Source of the DNA: an uncultured Bacillales bacterium
GTDB taxonomy: Bacteria; Bacillota_I; Bacilli_A; RF39; UBA660
Length of the DNA: 64,000 nucleotides
Reading direction: 5' to 3'
NCBI GenBank assembly: GCA_946611235.1
Contig: CAMODE010000035.1
Span: 77 to 64,076, forward strand
The notes beneath the pieces were generated by a model. The model saw nothing but the letters and a program-made list of their open reading frames with translations, made no database searches and had not been told where the DNA came from. Below, one piece after another: positions 46,794 through 55,073 of the stretch (positions within the stretch are counted from its first letter, which is position 1; each line of letters begins with the position of its first letter). Both the position numbers and the translations under genes were made by a program.

Positions 46794-48007
46794 TATTCAA
46801 TTGCCTTTAAACATAGTTTTTCGATATCCTGCCATATTATTTTATCTAATATTTTTTCATCTTCAATATGTATGAAATCATGTGGTTCATATTCTTTAAA
46901 ATAACTTTCACATCTAATTGGCATTATATAAGATGGTACTATTCCTAGATAGTCACTTCCAATAAAGGCATTTTTTATAACATTTGAATGATATATCTTT
47001 ACTGGAATGTTATTTTTCTTTAATGCTAAATATATTTTAGCTATTTCTATTTGTCTTAGTATAACTTCTCCTGGTATCGATAAATAATATCCTTTATCAT
47101 CTTTCACTACTTGCATATTTACTCTAGCAAAAGAGTGACCTCTTATTATTTCCCATGGATGTGCTCCATACCACTGTTTTTTATTAAGCCACGATGCAAA
47201 TTCTTCAGGACTATCAAGTTCAATATCGCATAATCCTCCATCTCTTCCATCAGCATATTTTAAATATATTTCTTTATCTGTCATGTTATCAATATTATAT
47301 CCATTACTTTGATAAACTAATCTTACACATTCAAAATATTTGTTTGCAGTCATTTCATTTAATCTATCATCTGTATCATCTGTTACAGTATTTACAAATT
47401 CTTCTATTTCTTTTTCTGATATATATTCTAATAAATTTTCTTTGACTTTTGGATAAAAATTCCAATAATCGCTTCTTTTTATTACTCCAAATTTATTTTT
47501 ATATGATAAATTATTTGTTATATAATCATTATAAATATTATCTTCAAGCATTTTAATTATTTCCTCTACTTTAACTATTAGAAAGTCAATTAATTCATTA
47601 AATGCTTCATTGTCATATGGAAACGTTTCTGCTAAATTATGATATATTATCATTCGATTATTTATAGAGGCTATACGATATGTATCATCTTTATTAGTGG
47701 CAAGTCGGTACCAATATATTTCATCAGGATATTCTTCTTCAAAATATTTTTCAAACTCTTTATAGTTATTTACGATTTTCTCTTCTTTCATATCTTCATA
47801 GTCAGCATATTCTTCAATTGGACCTCTCGGGACACTAAAGTATAATACTTTATATTCTTCTTCATTTAATGGTTTTATTTTATCTAATAATTCATATAGT
47901 TTATTTATTTTTTCCTTGGTATTAATACCTACTCCTTCAGGGTTTAAATTTCTGTTTCCAAATACCCTTAGTAGTGTATCTAATTTTGGTGCATACATAA
48001 TTATCAT
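46793..48007 (-). CDS. hypothetical protein (404 aa)
   Basis: Long ORF with an AGGAGGATGA RBS. The stop overlaps the ATG of the phosphoesterase fragment (TAATG). No motif recognised. Confidence 0.55.
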   Translation of the reverse strand: MIIMYAPKLDTLLRVFGNRNLNPEGVGINTKEKINKLYELLDKIKPLNEEEYKVLYFSVPRGPIEEYADYEDMKEEKIVNNYKEFEKYFEEEYPDEIYWYRLATNKDDTYRIASINNRMIIYHNLAETFPYDNEAFNELIDFLIVKVEEIIKMLEDNIYNDYITNNLSYKNKFGVIKRSDYWNFYPKVKENLLEYISEKEIEEFVNTVTDDTDDRLNEMTANKYFECVRLVYQSNGYNIDNMTDKEIYLKYADGRDGGLCDIELDSPEEFASWLNKKQWYGAHPWEIIRGHSFARVNMQVVKDDKGYYLSIPGEVILRQIEIAKIYLALKKNNIPVKIYHSNVIKNAFIGSDYLGIVPSYIMPIRCESYFKEYEPHDFIHIEDEKILDKIIWQDIEKLCLKAIE

Positions 48008-48078
48008 CCTCCTATAGATTATTTTACTATCTTTATATCTTTTTGTCTATATATTAAACATGTTTTACTAATATTTAA

Positions 48079-48141
48079 CCAAAATTTTAATTTAGAGACT
48101 ACAGGCTCTAAATTACTTTTGAAGACCCTAGGCTTCAAAAG
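48079..48141. repeat. double-hairpin intergenic repeat, copy 2 (full length)
   Basis: CCAAAATTttaaTTTAGAG-actacagg-CTCTAAAttaCTTTTGAAG-accctagg-CTTCAAAAG. Confidence 0.9.
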
Positions 48142-48178
48142 ATAAAGAAAAAAAATAACTATTCTCTATTTAGAATAA

Positions 48179-48796
48179 TTATTCTATCTTTTTATAATAA
48201 TACTTTGTTTTTTCAATATTAATATATCCACATTTTTCATATAATTTATCTAATCTCTTTTGTACTTTATGATCATTAACATTATTCATACCATTACTAG
48301 TTAATTCAAATGGTTTAGAGTATATAATTACTAATCCTACATTTAATTTTAATATATATCTTAATATTTCATCTAGCTTATTCAAAATATTAGTAGCATA
48401 ACCATTATTACGATATTCTTTATTAACATATATTCTATCTAAATAAAATATATTTGAACTAAGTATTGAATAATATTCTTCCTTTAAAGAATCATCATCA
48501 TAAATAGTCTCATATAAATCATATGTATCACCACTTATTGAATCATATACTTCAAAAGAATCAATACCATTATTAATCATATATTCATCATCAAATAATA
48601 TTCCTCTTATCCAAAGTATTTCATTTCCATCACTATTTTCTTTATCAGATTCCATAAGTCTTATTCCAACGTTTTTATATACTATTCTTTCTTCTGGATC
48701 ATAGATATCTGATAGTTGGCCTTTTAACTCTTTTTCAGTTAATTCAAATTCTCCATCACCAATAGAATACTTAATCTTTAAATATTTATTACTCAT
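48179..48796 (-). CDS. GNAT-like acetyltransferase with about 110-aa N-terminal extension
   Basis: Motif-A-like YRNNGYATNIL (R-x-x-G-x-A) preceded by FYLDRIYV. Confidence 0.45.
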   Translation of the reverse strand: MSNKYLKIKYSIGDGEFELTEKELKGQLSDIYDPEERIVYKNVGIRLMESDKENSDGNEILWIRGILFDDEYMINNGIDSFEVYDSISGDTYDLYETIYDDDSLKEEYYSILSSNIFYLDRIYVNKEYRNNGYATNILNKLDEILRYILKLNVGLVIIYSKPFELTSNGMNNVNDHKVQKRLDKLYEKCGYINIEKTKYYYKKIE

Positions 48797-48811
48797 TATT
48801 ACTCCTTAACC

Positions 48812-50356
48812 TTATTTACCGCAGCATTGTTTATATTTTTTTCCTGAACCACATGGACACTTTTCGTTTCGACCTATTTTTACTTTTGATACTTCTTTAT
48901 GTACTTCACATTGTTTAAAACCATTTAAACACCATAATCTTAAATTTCTAATTACTGGTTTTAAATCATTTATAAATTGTCTTTGTTTCTTTAAAGCCAT
49001 TTTAATATTACAATCTTCAAAGACATATGGAAGCACTTCTTCATTAAATTTTCCTATATTTAACATATATCTTATTAAACCACTTGCTTCTTCATCTATA
49101 CCATAGTAATTACATATTTCATCATAGTGTACTTCATATCTATCTACATCATCATAAAATTCATCGATATCTCCAATTATCTTATAATCAGTTTCTTTTT
49201 TACTAGATAATATAACTAAGAATGGTTCTTTATCTAGTTTTTCTCCACATATATACCCTTCAATATTATATAGATCATCATTATTATTAATAATCTTTTT
49301 TATTTCTTTAATATCTGCTTTAATATCATGATAAGTACTTAGTATTTCGATAAATTTATCTATATGTATTAATCCATTTATTAGTATATAGGCATATAGA
49401 TATGCTTCTGTTTTATCTTTTTTTGATAGCATATCAAAATCTAGCTTAGAATAATCTTCGATATTATAATCTTCATCGGAATCTATTTCATAATTAGCAA
49501 ATCCATTTTCTATCCATATTGGAAAATCTTCATTTATTTCATTTAGTATCTCGATTAATTTTTTCCATTCTTTTGGATTCAAATTGATATTCACACTTTC
49601 TAAATATCCTTTTGTAAAATCTTCATATTCATATCCTGACTCAGCTAAATAGAATAGTGAGTGAGTAACTTCACTTATTAAATCTTTATCTTGGCTTTTT
49701 TTCTTTATTATCTCTTCTATATCCTTAAGGTAATCCTCAATTGGTGAATACATAACATTTTCTAATATTTCTCTAATATCAAATACTTTATATTCATTTT
49801 GTTCTTTAATTTTTAATATATTTGCGTTTTCTTCAAGTGAAACAGCAAACATATTAATATAGATAACATCTTTTCTTCTTATAAATCCTAATTTTTTTAT
49901 AACTTCATTTATATCTTTTTTATCAATAATGATTCCCGTTTTTTCACATAATTCAATTAATTTAGTCTCTTTTAGTACTCCATTTGCTATTATATAGTAG
50001 GCTATAACTCCTTGTTTTCTTTCTTTAAGATATATTTCTTTATCTAACTCTTTTATATAATTATTTACTTCACCTGTTATATATATGTTTTTTTCTGACT
50101 CAAAGACTAAGAAGTTGGATAACAAGTCTTCGCTAACTATATTTGCTTCTTTTTTATTAACTATTCTTTTTAGTTCATCTATGTTATCTTCAGTTAAGCA
50201 CTGAAGAGTTTCGATTTGTTTTTCGATTATAAAATCATATAAGTCTCCGTTAGATGCTTCTTCTTCAAATTCATACCAGGGTGCAATTTCCATTTTCTCT
50301 TCATCAGTTAATTTATCTATGTATTCCCCTAATGCAATTATTTTTAATCTCTTCAT
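48812..50356 (-). CDS. SEC-C motif domain protein (514 aa)
   Basis: C-terminal GRNEKCPCGSGKKYKQCCGK. The rest is unrecognised. Confidence 0.6.
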   Translation of the reverse strand: MKRLKIIALGEYIDKLTDEEKMEIAPWYEFEEEASNGDLYDFIIEKQIETLQCLTEDNIDELKRIVNKKEANIVSEDLLSNFLVFESEKNIYITGEVNNYIKELDKEIYLKERKQGVIAYYIIANGVLKETKLIELCEKTGIIIDKKDINEVIKKLGFIRRKDVIYINMFAVSLEENANILKIKEQNEYKVFDIREILENVMYSPIEDYLKDIEEIIKKKSQDKDLISEVTHSLFYLAESGYEYEDFTKGYLESVNINLNPKEWKKLIEILNEINEDFPIWIENGFANYEIDSDEDYNIEDYSKLDFDMLSKKDKTEAYLYAYILINGLIHIDKFIEILSTYHDIKADIKEIKKIINNNDDLYNIEGYICGEKLDKEPFLVILSSKKETDYKIIGDIDEFYDDVDRYEVHYDEICNYYGIDEEASGLIRYMLNIGKFNEEVLPYVFEDCNIKMALKKQRQFINDLKPVIRNLRLWCLNGFKQCEVHKEVSKVKIGRNEKCPCGSGKKYKQCCGK

Positions 50357-50487
50357 ATTTTCTCACTCCTTTTTGATAAATCTACTGATATTTTATCATT
50401 TATCAGTATTTTTATCAATAATATCATGTTATATTATATATATTTCTAATGTATTAGTTGTAAAGAAAAGAATAATACAATTAAGTA

Positions 50488-52104
50488 TTATTCTAGTATT
50501 AAATTATCAATACTAATATCATCTTTAGTAATTGTCTTTAAGATATTCTTTTGCTTTTTATTCTTAACATTAGAGGCATGTCTAATTACTGTCTTTTCAT
50601 AGATATTTCTAATAAATCTAGCATTACCAAAGTTCTTCATATTACGATATTTATTTATTATTTCTTCTAGATATTCTAAAGCATCTTCTTTGACAATAAA
50701 TCCTGCTTTATTAGTAAATGTTTTAAATATTTCGATTAATTCATCTGTAGTATAATCATCAAATTCTAAAGTATATCCTATTCTAGAAGTAATACCAGAG
50801 TTAGAGTCTAAGAAGTCCTGCATCTCTTTTGTATATCCTGCGAAGATAACTACTAATCTATCTCGATAATTTTCCATAGCTTGGATTAATGTAGCTATTG
50901 CTTCAGCATTATATGAATTATCATTTTTAACTGCTAGTGCATATGCTTCATCGATAAATAATACGCCATTCATAGCTTTTTCGATGACACTCATTGTTTT
51001 AGGAGCAGTTTGTCCGACATACTCCGCTACTAAGTCTTTTACTGATACTTCAACTAATTTATTTTCTTTAATATATTTTAAATTATATAAGATGTCTGAT
51101 ATTAATCTAGCAATAGTAGTTTTACCAGTACCAGGATTACCTAAGAAAACCATATGTAAATTGATATCTTTTATGTTTAAAGAATCTCCGGCTTTTTCTT
51201 TTAAGGTAATTACATCTACTAGTTCATGTAATACTTTCTTTACTTTTTCTAATCCTACTAATTCATTTAAACTAGCAAATACTTCCTCTAATGTTTTTTC
51301 TTCTTTTAACTTAGGTAATTCTTTATTAAAAGAAATATATTTTATTAGATCATTTTCATAGGTAACATAATCAAGATTATTATTATATGTATTTGTTAGA
51401 TAATCTAATAATTTTACTTTTGTATCATCATCTACAGCAACTTTACGTAATATATCATTATATATATCTTGAACATCAGGATTAATTCCTTCTATTTGTA
51501 AAGTAAAGTACTTATTTTTTAATTCTTCTCTACCTAAAAAGAAACTAGTTAATTCTTCATCTGTACCTGTTATTAATGTAATACTTTTATTATCTTCTTT
51601 CAAGTAACTATCAAAGTCATAGATGAATGTTTTTATATCACGGTCCTCTAGGATATTTAAGCCATTTAAATCATGGATAAGTAAGAAACCATAATCATGA
51701 TAATTTTCTTCTTTATTTATTTTATATAATGATAATACTTTTTGCTTAGTATCAATATATTTAAAATACTGTCCAGCAGTATATAAGATATCATTGATAT
51801 TATGTACTAAAGTATCTGCATTAGTTTTAATGATTAATCTAAATGGAACATAATTAGTTTCTAGTCCTTCATTATATTTACGCATATATTCAATCATTTT
51901 TTTGAGTAAATCTTTGGCTTCTTCATCAATATTTAAATTGTTTATTTTAAGGAAGAGTGAGGCCATTTCTTCTTGTGGCCCCACTTTTTCTTTTTCTTCT
52001 TCCTTTTTTACTTCAATTTTAGGTACTGATTCTATTCCAAAGAAATCTTTATATATATCTTTAAAATAATCTTCCCTCATAAAGCACCTATTTTTCTTTA
52101 ACAT
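50488..52104 (-). CDS. AAA+ ATPase of the CbxX/SpoVK type with about 290-aa unknown N-terminal region
   Basis: Walker A GNPGTGKTT, Walker B VLFIDEAYAL. GYT..M..F pattern typical of the CbxX/SpoVK/EccA clade. Confidence 0.8.
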   Translation of the reverse strand: MLKKNRCFMREDYFKDIYKDFFGIESVPKIEVKKEEEKEKVGPQEEMASLFLKINNLNIDEEAKDLLKKMIEYMRKYNEGLETNYVPFRLIIKTNADTLVHNINDILYTAGQYFKYIDTKQKVLSLYKINKEENYHDYGFLLIHDLNGLNILEDRDIKTFIYDFDSYLKEDNKSITLITGTDEELTSFFLGREELKNKYFTLQIEGINPDVQDIYNDILRKVAVDDDTKVKLLDYLTNTYNNNLDYVTYENDLIKYISFNKELPKLKEEKTLEEVFASLNELVGLEKVKKVLHELVDVITLKEKAGDSLNIKDINLHMVFLGNPGTGKTTIARLISDILYNLKYIKENKLVEVSVKDLVAEYVGQTAPKTMSVIEKAMNGVLFIDEAYALAVKNDNSYNAEAIATLIQAMENYRDRLVVIFAGYTKEMQDFLDSNSGITSRIGYTLEFDDYTTDELIEIFKTFTNKAGFIVKEDALEYLEEIINKYRNMKNFGNARFIRNIYEKTVIRHASNVKNKKQKNILKTITKDDISIDNLILE

Positions 52105-53242
52105 GTATTTCTAACATTTTTGCTTTTAATTCTTTTTCAATATCTTCAAGAGTAGCTTCAGCTTCTTTTCTCTTAGCTCTTCCTTCTTCATGAATAGCAA
52201 TTACTGAATCTAATGTTTCGATTAAATCTTGGTTTGTCTTTTGTAATGTTTCGATATCAACGATAGCTCTTTCACTTTCTCTAGCGATGTCAATTGAACC
52301 TTGTTTTAAAGTTTCACTATTCTTAACTAACATTTCATTAGTTAATTTAGATACGGCCTGCTGAGACTTTAGAGCGTTCTTAGCATTATTAATGCCAAGA
52401 GCTAGGACCATTTGATTTTTCCATAATGGAATGGTATTAGTAATTGAACTTTGAATCTTTTCTACTAATTCTGCTTCATTATTTTGTAGTAATCTAATTT
52501 GTGGAGCCATTTGAATAGATATAATTCTTGTTGTTTTTAAGTCATATATTTTCTTTTCAAATCTATTAATTAGAGCTTCCATATCATTTACTTTCTGAAC
52601 ATCTATTTGATCACCACTTTTTTCAGCAGCTTCTTTTAATTTAGGAAGTTCTACATTACGTAATTCTTCTAGTTTTCTATCTCCTGCAATTATGTATAGA
52701 GATATTTCTTTAAAGTATTCTAAATTCTTTTCATACATTGTATCAAAGACAGTTATATCTTTTAACATTTGGACTTTATCTTTTTCTAATCCACCTTCGA
52801 TAGTATCGATATTCTTTTCAATCTTACTATATTTAGCTACGATATAATCAAATTCCTTCTTAGCACTACTAAATAATTTTGCTATAAAGTTCTTTTTAGA
52901 TGTACCACTGATATCTTTATCAAAAGACTTAATTTGACTAACTAGGTCTGCTAGTAGGTCTCCCACTTCTCCAGTATTTTTAGTTTTAACATCTTCTAGA
53001 ATACTATCTGAGAACTTTGATATTTTTTCTTGAGCTGCTACACCATATTGTAGTATTTGAGCAGCATCATTAATATCTAATTTACTATTAAATTCTTCAA
53101 TAGCTTCTTTTTCTTCTTTAGATAGTTCGTCATAGTTTAATGATTTTTCAATTTTCTTTTCAGTTATTTCTTTCTCATTAACTAACCCTTCAATACTCTT
53201 TTCATCTACTTTTTCTTTTACTTTTAATTCTAAATTACTCAT
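52088..53242 (-). CDS. telA: TelA / YaaN-family toxic anion resistance protein
   Basis: 384 aa. Conserved ILQYGVAAQEKISKFSDSILE..KTKNTGEVGDLL..L region and coiled-coil remainder. Confidence 0.85.
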   Translation of the reverse strand: MSNLELKVKEKVDEKSIEGLVNEKEITEKKIEKSLNYDELSKEEKEAIEEFNSKLDINDAAQILQYGVAAQEKISKFSDSILEDVKTKNTGEVGDLLADLVSQIKSFDKDISGTSKKNFIAKLFSSAKKEFDYIVAKYSKIEKNIDTIEGGLEKDKVQMLKDITVFDTMYEKNLEYFKEISLYIIAGDRKLEELRNVELPKLKEAAEKSGDQIDVQKVNDMEALINRFEKKIYDLKTTRIISIQMAPQIRLLQNNEAELVEKIQSSITNTIPLWKNQMVLALGINNAKNALKSQQAVSKLTNEMLVKNSETLKQGSIDIARESERAIVDIETLQKTNQDLIETLDSVIAIHEEGRAKRKEAEATLEDIEKELKAKMLEIHVKEK

Positions 53243-53253
53243 TTTCTTCTCCT

Positions 53254-54459
53254 TTACTTTAGATATTCTATTAATCTATTATAAGTATCCATTTTTAAAC
53301 TTGTAACTGTACTTGTTATTGTCTGTGGTACTCCAAGTCCGATACTTGATACATCATATGTACCTCCTGTTACGCCGGTTCTAAATCCATATTTTTCCCA
53401 TGCTATTTGTCCTATTTCTTTATCATTTAGTGCTTCATACAATTTAGCACCTTTATCCGTGAAGACTGTGAAACAGTGAGAATTCCATATAGTAGGAGTT
53501 GGATATAGTATTCTTATGTCATCTTTTACTTGATTAAAGGCATCTGGACTAGAGTTTGCAAAATCAATCATACTCTTTTCATAATCCACAATCATTGGTT
53601 CTCCGCCCATACCTGTCTTTAAGTATCTTTCAAATAGATCGGCAGGGGTATTATTCATATATCCTGATTTGATATAGAAGTCTTTTAATTTTGGTAAATT
53701 ATTTTCAATATTATCAGATGTAACTTGTCCACCACTTAATATTGAAAGTAATAATCCATAATATGTAGCACCAGGACTAGATGATACTGGATCAGTTGAA
53801 GCTATATTTATTGTTCCATATAAACTATTTAGACCTATATCTGACCATTTCTTTCCTTGTAAGATATAATCGATTAATTTATTAATGTCAGTTATGTAGT
53901 ATACTCCATCTGTTTCAGTTACGATGCTTTCATTTATTAGGGCGTCTACAACTTCTTTCCAGCTATATATGACAATTGGCGTATTTAGTGTTAATCCACC
54001 ATCTAAAACAGTATATCGATCTGATTCTCCTGCTTCTTTATTTGGACTTAATTTATAATAATCATAAAATCTTTGGTCGGAAGTAAATAGTGCATCATAC
54101 TTAGATACTCCAACAGACAAAATTGTAAACTCTTCTCCACTTGACATTCTATTTATAATACTTTGACTGCCAAGTCCTACACTTTCTCTTATTAATGGCT
54201 TTGTTATTGTTTTACCATTACTCCAAGTGTCAAATACAGCATTTATTTTATACTTCTTTCTTAGGATTTTCTTTACGTCTTCGTCACCCAAGAAATCTTC
54301 TTTACCACCACCAGTAGCTACATAGACAGTAGTTAGTTTTCCTGTTAAGATATCTCCTTTATCATTATCTGTTAAATACTTAATAACAATGATTGCAATA
54401 ATTAAGACAATAAAGAGGATAACTCCTATTAAGGCTTTTTTATTCTTCATCATTATCAC
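53254..54459 (-). CDS. membrane-anchored periplasmic-binding-protein-fold (SBP-like) protein
   Basis: N-terminal TM anchor, then a region that I judge similar in fold to the N-terminal half of the 55074-56684 product. No ABC permease or ATPase nearby. Confidence 0.4.
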   Translation of the reverse strand: MIMMKNKKALIGVILFIVLIIAIIVIKYLTDNDKGDILTGKLTTVYVATGGGKEDFLGDEDVKKILRKKYKINAVFDTWSNGKTITKPLIRESVGLGSQSIINRMSSGEEFTILSVGVSKYDALFTSDQRFYDYYKLSPNKEAGESDRYTVLDGGLTLNTPIVIYSWKEVVDALINESIVTETDGVYYITDINKLIDYILQGKKWSDIGLNSLYGTINIASTDPVSSSPGATYYGLLLSILSGGQVTSDNIENNLPKLKDFYIKSGYMNNTPADLFERYLKTGMGGEPMIVDYEKSMIDFANSSPDAFNQVKDDIRILYPTPTIWNSHCFTVFTDKGAKLYEALNDKEIGQIAWEKYGFRTGVTGGTYDVSSIGLGVPQTITSTVTSLKMDTYNRLIEYLK

Positions 54460-55072
54460 TTCCTTTCATTATTGGATTATCATCCACTATTCCATCAGCT
54501 TTTAACATCATATCATATACTTTCATATCTGCATCAGCATCCATGATATCTTTTTGATATAGAGAGGATAGAATACTTTCAAAAGCGTTATTTGTTCCTT
54601 CAATCATTTTATCGGCTTTCTTCATAAATTCTTTTCCTTCTTTGGATACTAATTTCTGATTTTCTACTTCATCATAACGATTTACTATTTTTATTAGTAC
54701 TGGTAAATAATAGTCAAAGAAGTTATTTAATCTATTTGCTTTACTAGGACTATTTTCAATAGTAGTTAATATTTTATCAACAGTACTGTGGATTTCATTT
54801 AGATTCTTTCTAGTATCCCCTGATTCTACTTTTGGTATTAAACTTAATATTTCTTTATTTTGCCTTCGAGCATCTTGAATTTTTTGATATAGGGTTCTAT
54901 TGGTATCTTTTAATGTTTCTTTACTTTTAAAACTAGATAAGACTAATTCACTTGCACCAAAAGCTGCTGCTCCTATTACTAGGGCTGGGGCTAAAGTTAT
55001 TGATAGTCCTAAGTAAGGAACAGCGAAGAATGATGCTCCAACAACAGCGGATACTACTTCTTTATTCTTCAT
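54440..55072 (-). CDS. xpaC: XpaC-like (5-bromo-4-chloroindolyl phosphate hydrolysis protein family) membrane protein
   Basis: Two N-terminal TM helices, then a helical domain. 210 aa. Position next to telA as in B. subtilis xpaC-yaaN. Confidence 0.6.
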   Translation of the reverse strand: MKNKEVVSAVVGASFFAVPYLGLSITLAPALVIGAAAFGASELVLSSFKSKETLKDTNRTLYQKIQDARRQNKEILSLIPKVESGDTRKNLNEIHSTVDKILTTIENSPSKANRLNNFFDYYLPVLIKIVNRYDEVENQKLVSKEGKEFMKKADKMIEGTNNAFESILSSLYQKDIMDADADMKVYDMMLKADGIVDDNPIMKGSDNDEE

Positions 55073-55073
55073 A

